From positions 96,001-160,000 of the IMG/VR virus record IMGVR_UViG_3300006056_000001: 64,000 nt of DNA. One strand, given 5' to 3'. Below the pieces are notes generated by a model, which was not told the DNA's origin, searched no databases, and saw only the letters and a program-made list of their open reading frames with translations. The translations under genes were made by a program, and so were the position numbers. Positions 39,248 to 51,417 of this stretch are shown here, in pieces. The number at the start of each line of letters is the position of its first letter. Position 1 is the first letter of the stretch. The DNA is from a virus (taxonomy: Duplodnaviria > Caudoviricetes).

Positions 39248-40896
39248 TGATTCTTCCAAAGTTGGAAATATTTGGCCTGACTAAGGCTCAAGAAGAAGCT
39301 ATTTTTGCTTGTCTATTATCGGGAGAACCATGTCTATTAATGGGACCTCCTGGAACTGCAAAGACTGAAATCATTGCAGCTATAGGTGCGGCCCTTAGAG
39401 AGGATTCCAAGAATGAGAATCCTTCTGATCCTTCTAAGTGGTTCTCTTATCAGATATATGATGCTTCTAAGTTGAACTTCGAGGACCTTACTGGCTTCCC
39501 TAACATAGAGAAGCTTAAGCAAGGCTCTATAGAATATATTTCTTCTCCTAGTTCTATTTGGAATAAACATCTTATTGCTTTTGATGAGCTTAATAGATGT
39601 GCAGAAGACAGACAGGGTAACCTGTTAGAGATCATCCGCAGCAGAAAGCTTTGCGGTGTTCCTACAGGTAACAAGTTTGTATTCTCTACTATTAATCCTT
39701 TTGGAGATGCAGGAACTGTCGAGATGGCAGATCCTCTAGTAGATAGAAATCTATTCTTTATTAAATTTGACAAGTTTGAGGAGATGAACTCCAACAACCG
39801 CACGAAGGTAATGCTACGTGCTGGTTCTGTTGATGGTGTAGGTCTCAAGTATTGGGGTGGACAGACTGGTAAGTTTGATACCAGCGACTATATAGACCCT
39901 AAGACTGGTAGAGCAGCATATATTAATGAGTCTTTGGCCGCTATTGGTAAACAAATTAGAGAGAAGATGACTCAGGCTGAAGAGTATTATAGAAAGCTGA
40001 GTGCAAGCTCTTCTAAAGCCATAGCTAGCCTTATTGACAAGGTTGTCGCTGCATTTAAGACAGAGTTTGACAAGGAACAGGAGTCTGTTAAGAAGGAAGT
40101 TAGCCTCAGTGGTAGACGCTGTGGCTTCGTTCTAAGAGGCATCCTCGCTATTAGAGCTATTCAGTTAGCTTCTAAGGAAGAGAATGAAAACTTAGAAGAC
40201 TTCTCTGTTGTTATTGCTAATGCTATGAAGCTTGCACTACCAATTGGTATTGGTGGTAAGGCAAACAAGCAGATTATTGATAGAGCCAACGTCAAGCTAG
40301 AAGAGACAGTAAAGACTTACTGGCCAACTATTAAGAAGATGGAGAACGGCGAAGATATCAATCTAATTGCTGAAGCTCTAAATAATAACAATCCTATTAG
40401 AATGTTAGACGTACTGCTATCTTTAGACATGCCTATGGCTACTAAGGACGCTATTCTTGGTTCTCTAACTGCTAAAGAGAAGTACAAGATTAACAACGGT
40501 ACTAACGAAAATCTATTTAATTTTACTCAAGCATTGCTTTATGCTTTGAATCGTCAGATTCCTGGCTTTATTCCTAACCATATTAAGATCAATTGTACTG
40601 CAGCAGAGGCAGATGCAGCTTCTCAAGTAAAGAAGATACCTCTTGATCATCTAACTCCATATGAAGATTTCATTGTAGCTATGATGAAAGAGTATAACAA
40701 TAATCCTATTATTAATTTAGGTATCCGTGGTGCACTACACTACATGATACCTAATAAGACATTAACTGAAGCAGATATTATTAAGAATCTTGTCGACATG
40801 AAGAAAATGTTAGCAAGTATTTACGCAAAGATCAATGTTCATTCTAATGGAAATACTAGTACTACACCTACCAAAGATACAAAAGAAGGAAGTTAA
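39247..40896 (+). CDS. MoxR-like AAA+ ATPase
   Basis: GPPGTAKT, FDELNR, PLVDR; coupled to vWA gene. Confidence 0.88.
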   Translation: MILPKLEIFGLTKAQEEAIFACLLSGEPCLLMGPPGTAKTEIIAAIGAALREDSKNENPSDPSKWFSYQIYDASKLNFEDLTGFPNIEKLKQGSIEYISSPSSIWNKHLIAFDELNRCAEDRQGNLLEIIRSRKLCGVPTGNKFVFSTINPFGDAGTVEMADPLVDRNLFFIKFDKFEEMNSNNRTKVMLRAGSVDGVGLKYWGGQTGKFDTSDYIDPKTGRAAYINESLAAIGKQIREKMTQAEEYYRKLSASSSKAIASLIDKVVAAFKTEFDKEQESVKKEVSLSGRRCGFVLRGILAIRAIQLASKEENENLEDFSVVIANAMKLALPIGIGGKANKQIIDRANVKLEETVKTYWPTIKKMENGEDINLIAEALNNNNPIRMLDVLLSLDMPMATKDAILGSLTAKEKYKINNGTNENLFNFTQALLYALNRQIPGFIPNHIKINCTAAEADAASQVKKIPLDHLTPYEDFIVAMMKEYNNNPIINLGIRGALHYMIPNKTLTEADIIKNLVDMKKMLASIYAKINVHSNGNTSTTPTKDTKEGS

Positions 40897-43659
40897 GAAG
40901 CTCTACGAACTTTTTGAACCCGATCCTCTTCCTGATGCTTTAAAGAAGTATCGGGGAGAGGAGTGTATTCTTCTTTCTACAACAGAAGAAACCTATCCTT
41001 TTTCTTTAAAACCAGAACATGTAGATTCTTTATATAACATTTTATCTTTTAATGATACTACTTTTTTATTAGGACAATCAAATATATTACATGTTAAAAA
41101 TAAGAAATTATTTAAAGCACTTTGTGAGATACCTAAGCTAAATTATTTCTTAGAAGAAATAGAAAATAGATCTTTAATGTTCTATTGTAAGGAAGATCAT
41201 CTTAAAGATTTTAATTTAACTTTTAATGTTAGAACTAATTATTCCTCAATTATATTTTTGAATAGTTCTGAACATCAAAATGAAGCAGACTATGGAGACT
41301 ATACTTCTTTACAAGGTCTTAACTTTTATTTGACAAAAGTAAGAGATAAAAATCTTACTTCAAACTTGTTGCCTGCATATCTTTCTATATTTGAAAAGAA
41401 ATATAAGTCTCAGTTTACAGGCATCATTAATTTTGATCCTATTTCTATAGTAGGTCCACATATTAATTTCTCTTATTATATACCTAGTACATTAGGTTAT
41501 GATAAGAACATGGACTTTTACCATCGAGTCTTCGAATCTATTAAGGAAATAGATTTAAAAGATTCAGGTTATACTAAGAGTGCTTCTTTAGCTAAGCCTA
41601 TAAGTATAAATAAAAGAGTAATGGCTCTATATAATTACTTTTTAACTACTAAAGCTAAGCAAGATATTGATGCTATATTTGGTAAGAATCCAATTATTGA
41701 TTCTAATAATCAATATTCAGATAAGTATCGTTGTTTTTCTTATCCTACTAAGACTACTCCAGATCCTATAGCCTTCTCTAATCTTAAGAGAGCTACCTTT
41801 ACTAAAGATAATGAGCTGTCTACTGTACTTAATAAGTCTTTTATATTTGAAAAGTATTTAGCTAATATTACTAACTTTATTACTACAGATTCTCTTGAAA
41901 ATACAGAGTTAATTAATTTATTAATTTATGGTACTTATTTACATAATCTGAATTCTAATTCTCCACAATCCACTTTTCAAAGAGGTTACTGTGTAAGAAT
42001 CAAGACAACAGATACACAGACTTTATATTATAGTACTTGTACTATAACCCTTTCTACTGATTTTAAGAAACATTTACTAAGTAAATCTTCTTTATTTAAT
42101 ACAAACAGTGCTTTTGTTCCTATGTTTATTCCTGTTGTTACTACAACTCCTAAGAAGATGGCAAAGGAAAATTACTTAATAAAGAATATGGCTAAATAAA
42201 ATGGAATTTAAGTCCACGCCTTTGTTTAAAGATATTATAAAGGAACATTCTATAGACAAAAATATTTTACTACCTGCTAAAATCATGAATTATTTAGAGA
42301 GTATACTAGCTTCTGGTAACTACAAAGAAATATTAGATGGACTTAAAACACTACACGACAATAAAGATATTTATTATTTAGATCCTAATAATATAATAGT
42401 AAGTAGAATCTGTAGTGTTTTATTTCATTTATTATATTTTAACCCTGTAGAGCACATAAGTAAGATAACAACAGAAAGTATTAGAATTGTCTATAATAAT
42501 CATATTACACATCATATTGAATTAAAAGAAAGCTATGATGTATCTTATAATGAAAAAAATATAATAACTTATTTAAAGTTTAGAACTAAAGAAATAGAAC
42601 TTTTGAAAAATATATTTATCTTTATAGTGCCTTCTCCTGAGGTTAAGAAAATAAAAATAGCATGGCTATAAAAAATAAGATAGGAATAGATACATTTGAC
42701 AAATCTATTAATGTAGATCAATCTTTAAATATACCTTTACCAAAAGATTTATTAAAGGATGAAGACTTAGCTTTAGTAAAAGAAGCTTTCACAGTTGTCT
42801 CTAAGTATAGAACATCTAGCTGGATGGTAGATATTTCTCTATCTGAGATGCAAAGTGATTTAATTTACTTACAGTCTACTTTAGTATCAATTGCTTATAG
42901 CATGGGTCTTCTTGCTAATTTTTCTACTAATGCAGAAGAAAGATTAAAGATTGCCCGTGCCAAGGTACGTGTTAATGGTAAAGCTCTTAGACAGACACAT
43001 GAGGACGTCGGAGATTCCGTTACAGTAACTTTAGATGACATTAAAGAGCTGTCGTATACCAAGACAGAAGATCTATGGACCAAAGCAGAGAACTGCAGGA
43101 TAGCTTCTGAGTTTATTAAATTTATTTATTTCGCTATAAGAGATCATGTATCTATGTTAGATAAAACAATACATAGGATACACAGAACAGAATGATTTTA
43201 CAATTTTTTTGCAGAATAGTTGAATGTATATCTAAGAATGAATATTTAATTGAAATTGATTTTGCTAATAAGACATCATTACCGATGTCTAATATTACAA
43301 GAAGAAGAGTCTATTGTTCTTTATCTTTACCTAAAGATCAAATAATTTTTGTATCTGAATCAAAGATAGATAATATAGACGATGTTAAAAAACTAACCAT
43401 ACTCAAGGCGTTTTCATTAACTCCTTTAATACCTCAACAAGAGGAAAAATCTAAGCAGAATTTAGAAAACTCGCTTTTAGCGAGCAAAAAAGAGATGATA
43501 ATGGATCCTACAAGTTTCCCATTACATGTCTTAAGCTAAATCTTTTCTTCCCATCCTACCATGTCTACATTTCTCAGAGAGATAATATACCTAATTATAA
43601 GTGGTATATTTATGGCTTTTAGTCGTGCTGCCACTACTAGAGCCTATAGATTTTAATCT

Positions 43660-45492
43660 ATGGAAAAGCTTGTATATACTATAATAAAAACTATAGAAGA
43701 ATTTGACAATTTTATATCTGTTTTATCTAATACATCAGAATATGTTTTTGATGCTGAGACTAATGGACTTGTTACCCATAACAAAGATTCAAAAATAGTA
43801 GGATTAGGCTTTTGTTTTAAAGAAGCCTGTGCAACTTATGTTCCTTTTAATGGGGACATACCTGTTGACCATATAGTAAAGTCCTTAATACCTATTTTTG
43901 AGAATGAGTCTATCAGAAAGATAGGACATAATGTAAAGTTTGACTGTAGAATTCTTGATAGGTATTCTATAAAAGTAAGAAATATTTACTTTGACACGAT
44001 GGTTGCTGCTTATTGTTTGTTTGGTGATAGGTTTCCTAGAAACCTTGATGACCTAACATTACAATTCAAAAACCATATAAAAATAAGAACTAAAACATTA
44101 ATACCTAAGAAGTCAAAAAAGAATCAAAATCCTAGTATGTTCGATAGTAGTATCGAGCAGGTAGGAATATATTGTTGTGAAGACGTTGATTATACTTTTA
44201 GGCTATACAAGCTTTTCCACTCTCTACTTAATTTAGACCAATATACATATGCTAAGAAGTTATTTTATGAAATAGATATGCCATTAGTAGATGTACTTAT
44301 TAAGATGGAATGTAATGGAACTAATGTATCTACTGATAAGTTAGAAGCTATTAGACAAAAGATATCTGTTAAGATAGAAACTATACAAAAAGAAGTTAAT
44401 GAGTTAGCTGGTAAAGAGATTGTTCTTACTAAGCCATCAGATATAGCAGATCTTTTATTTGTTAATTTAAAACTACATAAGAAAAATAGAAAAATAGTAA
44501 CGACTACTTCTACTGGTCAGTTTTCTACTGACGCAGCTACCTTAGAACTTTTTAAGGGTGAGCCTATAGTAGATAAAATATTAGAATATAAATTATTGAC
44601 TAAGATAATGTCTACATATGTTGTAGGATTAACTGAACATATAAGCGATTACACTGGACTAATTCATACTTTCTATGGCCAGACTTCTACATCTACAGGA
44701 AGATTTAATAGTAGCTCTCCTAATCTCCAGCAACTACCTTCTAGAAAACAAGAAGGCAAAGAGATAAGAGAAGCATTTACCTCTAGGTTTCCAGGAGGTA
44801 AGATCTTAGCTGTTGACTATAGTCAGGCTGAGCTAAGAATTCTGGCTCATATGGGCCAAGAAGCTGTCTTTATTAAAGCTTATAAGGAAGAAGTAGATGT
44901 CCATACTGCAGTAGCAAGTGAGGTAGTATATGAAGTACCTAAGGATCAGGTTACTGCTTCTCAGAGAACTGTAGTTAAGACTATTAACTTTGGATTGCTA
45001 TATGGAATGCGAGCTAAGAAATTAGCTAAGACATTAAATATTTCTTTACAAGAAGCTATGCAAATTATGGACAAGTATATGCAGAAGATGTCCGGCTTAA
45101 AGAAGTTTCTTGACAATGCTAGAGAGTTCTTGTCTTTATATGGATATACAGAAAATTTCTTTGGTAGACGAAGATATATTCCTAAGATTTATTCTGCTGA
45201 TCAAATAGAACAGTGGTCTGCCGAAAGAGAAGGGGCTAATAATATTATTCAATCTACTAATGCAGATATTATTAAGAAAGCTATGATAGGAATACAAGCA
45301 ATGTTAGAAGCAAATAACTATAAAACAAAAATGATTATGCAGGTACATGATGAACTTGTATTCGATGTTCCTGCTGAAGAAATAGATCTAGTAAAAGACA
45401 AGATCGTCAATATTATGCAAAGCGTAGTTAGCTTTGATATCTTGATGAAAGCCGAAGCTAAATACGGAGATAATTGGGCACACGCGCACTAA
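43660..45492 (+). CDS. polA: Family A DNA polymerase (3'-5' exonuclease + polymerase, no 5' nuclease)
   Basis: FDAETNG, HNVKFD, TGRFNSSSPNLQQLP, DYSQAELRILAH, KTINFGLLYG, QVHDELVF. Confidence 0.96.
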   Translation: MEKLVYTIIKTIEEFDNFISVLSNTSEYVFDAETNGLVTHNKDSKIVGLGFCFKEACATYVPFNGDIPVDHIVKSLIPIFENESIRKIGHNVKFDCRILDRYSIKVRNIYFDTMVAAYCLFGDRFPRNLDDLTLQFKNHIKIRTKTLIPKKSKKNQNPSMFDSSIEQVGIYCCEDVDYTFRLYKLFHSLLNLDQYTYAKKLFYEIDMPLVDVLIKMECNGTNVSTDKLEAIRQKISVKIETIQKEVNELAGKEIVLTKPSDIADLLFVNLKLHKKNRKIVTTTSTGQFSTDAATLELFKGEPIVDKILEYKLLTKIMSTYVVGLTEHISDYTGLIHTFYGQTSTSTGRFNSSSPNLQQLPSRKQEGKEIREAFTSRFPGGKILAVDYSQAELRILAHMGQEAVFIKAYKEEVDVHTAVASEVVYEVPKDQVTASQRTVVKTINFGLLYGMRAKKLAKTLNISLQEAMQIMDKYMQKMSGLKKFLDNAREFLSLYGYTENFFGRRRYIPKIYSADQIEQWSAEREGANNIIQSTNADIIKKAMIGIQAMLEANNYKTKMIMQVHDELVFDVPAEEIDLVKDKIVNIMQSVVSFDILMKAEAKYGDNWAHAH

Positions 45493-45493
45493 T

Positions 45494-46186
45494 ATGGTTA
45501 CAATAGCAGCTATATCTGATACACATAATTTACATAACACTCTTAACATACCTGAGTGTGATATTTTAATACACGCAGGAGATGCCACAGGCAAAGGAAC
45601 TTATAAAGAGTGTATAGATTTTTTGCTATGGATGTCTTCTCAGACCCAATGTAAGCATAAGATTTTTGTACCAGGTAATCATGATTTCTTATTCCAAGGT
45701 GAGTTTAGAGAGCATGTTCCTGGTACAGTAAATGTATTAATAGATCAAGCTATTACAGTACAAGGAATAAAGATATATGGTACTCCATGGCAGCCTTTCT
45801 TTTATGATTGGGCTTTCAATGGCCTTGAGAAGAGATTAGGATATGAATATAACTATAAAGGTGGCCCAGGTCCATGCTCACCAGATCATTTACACCCTTT
45901 ATTAAGTAGTAAATTCTCTTTAATTCCTGACGATACTAATATAATTATATGCCATGGGCCGCCCAGGGTAGGCAAGCTAGATTTAGTAGCTAGAACTCAA
46001 GAGCATGTAGGTTCAGTAGAACTAATGAAAGCAATAAAAAGACTACCTAATTTCCTGGCTGGGTTCTATGGTCATATACATTCCGGATATGGAAAGGTAG
46101 TTGATGGCAAAGCTACTCATTATAACGTTTCTATTTGTGATGAGTCTTATGTTCCTAGAAACCCAATCACTTTAGTTACTATATAA
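45494..46186 (+). CDS. Calcineurin-like metallophosphoesterase
   Basis: ISDTH, HAGD, PGNHD, CHGPP, GHIH. Confidence 0.92.
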   Translation: MVTIAAISDTHNLHNTLNIPECDILIHAGDATGKGTYKECIDFLLWMSSQTQCKHKIFVPGNHDFLFQGEFREHVPGTVNVLIDQAITVQGIKIYGTPWQPFFYDWAFNGLEKRLGYEYNYKGGPGPCSPDHLHPLLSSKFSLIPDDTNIIICHGPPRVGKLDLVARTQEHVGSVELMKAIKRLPNFLAGFYGHIHSGYGKVVDGKATHYNVSICDESYVPRNPITLVTI

Positions 46187-46420
46187 TTATATGGATCTTG
46201 AAAAAGAAATTTTTGAGTTAAAAAGAAATCCTGTTAAAGGTGCATATGTTTGGGTTATTAAAGTAGATAATATAGCTATTAAGATAGGTAAAAAAACGGT
46301 ATGGTCTAAGATAGGACATGCAAAGAGTGCCCTTAGACATCGTTTTTATTATAATCGTGGAACAGTTTATGATGATTTGATTGCTTCTGGCCGAATAGAA
46401 TTTGTACCAATCTCAATAGA

Positions 46421-47011
46421 ATGATCTTCTTCACTAGCGACAATCATTTCGGACATTTTAATGTTATCAAATATTGTAATCGTCCTTTTACAGGACTAGA
46501 TGAGATGCATAATATTATGATTAATAACTGGAATAAAAAAGTAGGTCCTAAGGATACTGTATATCACTTAGGTGATTTATTTTTATCTAATGACCTAGGT
46601 TTTATAGATAGTATATTAGGTTCTTTAAATGGAAATATCATATTACTACCTGGCAATCATGATAAGTGGATTCATAAGTATGAACGCTTATATAATACTT
46701 CTAATCTTTTAATAGGCCCAGACCTTAAGGAGATGAAGTTTCAATTAGGAAACGATTCTATTTCTGTTACTATGTGTCACTATCCTATGCTTAGATGGAA
46801 CAAGGCCCATTATGGGGCCATTAATCTACATGGTCACTCCCATGGTGGGCTAGATGAATATAATAAAGCTCAAGAGTATATAAGATATGATGTAGGAGTA
46901 GACTCTAATAATTTTACTCCTATAACCTTCGAAGAGATTTGCAGGTTCAACCGAGAAAAGATTGAGAAGTTTCAATCTGGACAGGAATTCGATCATCATA
47001 AGGAAATATGA
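46421..47011 (+). CDS. Calcineurin-like metallophosphoesterase
   Basis: TSDNHFGH, HLGD, GNHD, CHYP, LHGHSH, DVGVD. Confidence 0.92.
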   Translation: MIFFTSDNHFGHFNVIKYCNRPFTGLDEMHNIMINNWNKKVGPKDTVYHLGDLFLSNDLGFIDSILGSLNGNIILLPGNHDKWIHKYERLYNTSNLLIGPDLKEMKFQLGNDSISVTMCHYPMLRWNKAHYGAINLHGHSHGGLDEYNKAQEYIRYDVGVDSNNFTPITFEEICRFNREKIEKFQSGQEFDHHKEI

Positions 47012-47839
47012 AAGAAGAAATTAGAAAGATAGAAACAAAATATTATCAACACATTGATAATGGAGGCATAAATATAGACATTGACAGTGAGATAGCCTTT
47101 AGAAAAGAAGAACCACATTGTTTATATGGCACTTCTATCTCTGTTACTATGGCGTATCATGGATACCCATCTATTAGTATTACATTAAACTTAGGCTCAG
47201 ACGGGGACTTAAAGACAATTATTGATACTCTTACTGAGCATTATTACAAAGTTCAAGCTCAACTTACTGGCGACCAGCGCCCTAGATTACCTAATCTATG
47301 AGTCATTACGATAGTTGTAAAGATCCCGATCAAGCATATAAAGATAAGATGAAGTTCAAGCCTTCTAAAGCTACTAAGAAATATATGAAACAAGCACTCA
47401 AAAATAAAACAGCAATATTAACTACTTCTAAAACTAAGAAGTCAAAAAAGAAACTAACTACAAAACAATTAGCTAAACTACATAAAGAAGAAGCCTTAAA
47501 AGAAATTACCAAATTATTTAATAACTTAATTAAAGAAAGGTTAGATGTTCTTTATAAGGTTACTACTGAAGAATTAGATCTTCTTATGCATTATGAGCCT
47601 AGAGATTTAGCAGAAACTATATTTCAAACAATATACACAAGATGATTCAAACTCTAGCTGACGTTCCTGTTAATACTATGGTTAAAGTATATAAAAATAA
47701 TATTAGATTTTATACTGTTATATCTCAACCAAGTACTCTTAGAGCTAATGTTTCCTATTGGAAAGATGGAGAATTGTGTTATGGATTTCTTTGGAGCGGT
47801 ACTTATATATTAGATAAAGATTTTATAATTTTAGGTACT

Positions 47840-48081
47840 AATAAAATAATAGAAGTATGAGTACTATTATTAATTCTTTAGATAAATTACCCATGAATAC
47901 TATTGTCCAATTCTTACCTTATTCTATACACTATACTTTAGTTAAAAAAGATGATGTTAAAATTTATACTGTTTATTGGGATAAATTAGGAAATATTCAT
48001 AATGGATTTTTTTGGAGGAACTCTTCTTCTAAAGAATATAGAATTAAAGTAATAGGTTTAAATAAAATAATAGAAGTATGA
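47840..48081 (+). repeat. 21-bp direct repeat ending two tandem paralogous ORFs
   Basis: AATAAAATAATAGAAGTATGA at 47840-47860 and 48061-48081. Confidence 0.85.
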
Positions 48082-48306
48082 ACGACATAATAACAATTCA
48101 TTTAAAAGATCCAGATGGCTTTTCAGAAGCTATAAGACTTGCTGTTGAAGACAGTGTTTCATCTTTTACTAAGGATGAACAAAAAGTTTTATCAGAAATT
48201 AGAACAGAAAAATTAGAAGAAGAGCTAAAGCCTTGGGTAGAGTATAATGAATATATAACTCTACAGTATGATCGTAAAAATAAAACATTAACTGTAGTAA
48301 AAAGAA

Positions 48307-48612
48307 ATGAGTAGAGACACAGGAGATAAACTAGAAGATAAAGTCTCTGAAGATCTTAAGTTAAATAAAACTACTAACTCTGGGGCTAAGTGGGACAATG
48401 CTGATCTCACTAATAAAAAACTTATAGTAGAATGTAAAGTTAAGTCTAAAGAAGGATTTCAGCCTTGTAAATTAGAAATCAAGAAATTGATATCTCAGGC
48501 CCAGAAACATTCCAAGGAATGGATCTACATTCAACAAACCCAGTCTGGTACTTATGTAGTACTTGACTATGACTTCTTTTTAGAATTGTATGGCGACCAA
48601 GAAAAAGGCTAG
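48307..48612 (+). CDS. PD-(D/E)XK nuclease, resolvase-like
   Basis: E..V...L......NSGA....AD......VECK. Confidence 0.65.
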   Translation: MSRDTGDKLEDKVSEDLKLNKTTNSGAKWDNADLTNKKLIVECKVKSKEGFQPCKLEIKKLISQAQKHSKEWIYIQQTQSGTYVVLDYDFFLELYGDQEKG

Positions 48613-51417
48613 TTCTTCTTTTTTAACTCTGTTTACGAAGGTAATAGATGCTAACTATCATAGTTATCAGTGTCTTAAGTTTGAACAAGATTTCTTATCT
48701 AAAGAAGTATCAGAGTATTTAATTGTATGTACTACTAAACAGAATGAATTAGAATTAGAGAAGGCTAATACTATTAAAGATATTAATAGTAAAATATACT
48801 CTATAGTAAATACACAAGATATATTAGACATTGATGTTTATAAAGTAAGAACAGGCAAGAAGTTAAGTAAAACATTACAAACAAAAATAGTACACGCAGA
48901 GGTCAAAGAGTGACTCCTAATGCTTGGAACTACCGTCTAGTAGTTGTTAAAAAAGAACACAATAATCTTCCTTATTATACTCTTACCATTAGGGAGGTAT
49001 ATTATAATCAAGGCGGGCATCCTTTTGCATCTAGTGATGCAGATGTTGATATAACAATCTCGCCTCTTGAGCCTGAAGATCCTATAGATGAACTAAAGGC
49101 TGATCTCGAAGCAATGCTTGAGGCATTTAAACATCCTGTTTTAAATGAAGAGTTGGATGAAGTAGATAGAGATAAAGTAATCAAATTATTGAAGACTAGA
49201 TAATGAAAAAATATTACGAGGCACATGTTACTTTCAATTCTAATACTGAGATATACTATCCAACTTGGAAGTTCTCTAGGATTGATGGGGACCCTGTATT
49301 AGGTAAGGGCATAAAAATGTATCTTACTAAACAGTTTAAAGAAGCTGTATCTTTACAAGCTATTCAAGAAGAGATGAGTGTTGTTTCACAACATATTTAT
49401 CTTATGGGCGGCCAACCTTTAAGAACTAAAATTGAATTAGTAGTATATGATACTAAGATAATACCAGAGGAACTTTTACAAGAACCTTTATGAACATAAA
49501 AGAATTAAAAGAAGCAATAAAGAATCTTCCCGATGAGATGCTTGTATATACTGAGCAATGGCAATCAGATCCTAATGGAGAAGGTACAGATTGGCCTGTA
49601 AGAAAAGAAGCCATAAGTGCTAGTACTTCTCATCAGGAGACATATAATCCTAACTTAAATCCTACTTCTTATGTATGTAATAAACATGGACATAGAATAA
49701 TGAAGTATGGTCAGTATGTAATAGATATATTTGTAATCAATTAAATGACAACTAAAAAGAAAACTAAAAAAGTTAAACAAAAACTTACTCTTGAACAGTT
49801 AGCCTCTGTAATAAGATATAGATTCCAAGACATTGCAGATCTTGGTTATGGTAAAGTATCTATTGCTTTAGCATATAATAAAGAAATGGATTTAATAGAG
49901 ACAGAAATTGTTCAATTAATTAAGGATAATATTTAATGACAAACAATAACTTAATTGAAGTAGCAATAGTTTCTATTGGTTACAAAGAATATTATGACCT
50001 TGATGAAACTTATTCTAGAAGTGTTTTAGAAAATTTAATAACAAATTGGGAACAGGTTACACAAGAACAGTATGATTTGTTGCTTAAACATCAAAGTAAA
50101 TTGGGTGGATTACTTCTAACAAGAACTCCTGTACAACAAGTATTAACTAAAACAATACCTCAGATTATTAAAGATGCAGAAGAAACAGAACGTAAACAAA
50201 AAGAAAGAGAAAAGAAGTACAAACAAGAAGAAAAAGAAAGAGAGTTAAGCAAAAAGAAAAAAGCATTAGAAAGAGCTAAAAAGAAAGCTGAAGTACTTCA
50301 AAAAGAACTTGGAATATAATTATATGTTAGATTTTCATGAAAAATTAATAAGTGAAAAACAAATAACTCTTAAAGAAGGTTATTTTATAGTGGCTAAATT
50401 TATAGGTAGATATATTCAACCTCAACCTTATCATAGTACTGCCTTACCTGATTGGACTTCATTAGAATTAAATATACAACATACTTGTGATGCAGTAATT
50501 AGTACTACTATAACTATAAATAATATTAATTCTATAGATTTAGAAAGTATATCCAATTTATTTAAAGATCTAACTACTATATCTAAGACTTTAAATAAAG
50601 CTTCTGCTGAAATAAAAGAAGCAGAAAAGAAAATCCTTGAAATATTGAAAGAAAATGGCATATAATTATGACGATATTATAATATGTCCTAATTGTAATA
50701 CAAATAAAAATGTATATACTACTCTTATCGGGACGCTCAATCTTATAAAACAACTAGATCCTAATACAGCTACATGTTATACTTGTGGGTGGAAAAGTAA
50801 TGTAGGAGATTATTATAAACAAGAAGCAATTATTAAAACTAATTTATGGAAATTAATTGATTCTATAAGTATAATAAAGCCGGACCAAATTGGTATACTA
50901 CATGATAAAGCAAGATTTGCAAATTACTTAGCAAATAATAATTTTAATGGTATAGTTGTACATCGTAAAAATCAGTATAATGCTACTATACAATTTCAAA
51001 CACTTATTTTTCATCCAAATAATGTTGATTGTTCACATGAATTTAAAGATACATTATTTTATGAAGATGTTAAAGATATAGATCTTTTAATTTTATCTAA
51101 TAAAATGGAAAGTTTTCTTTCTCCTTTACCTAATATTCCTCCTAAGAATGAGATTTGGAATATAATAAATGCTATGACTATTAAGCCAGACAGACTTATT
51201 AAATGTTCTGATGGTGATTACATGGCTTACTATTTTAGTTTAACTAATAAAAGTAAGTATGCTTGTATTACTTGTGGTGAACCTGATGAAGATGGCATCA
51301 CTACATGTTTTTCTTTAAGTGAAAAAGATAAGCCACTTAATATAATACATTGTCAAGTTGAATATATGTCTTGCCTATCTAATATAGAGAAGCAAATAAT
51401 TGATTTTCTAAAATAAC

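Noticed and set aside
42662-43195. UvsY-like recombination mediator
   Set aside because: Only general helical character and location; no diagnostic motif
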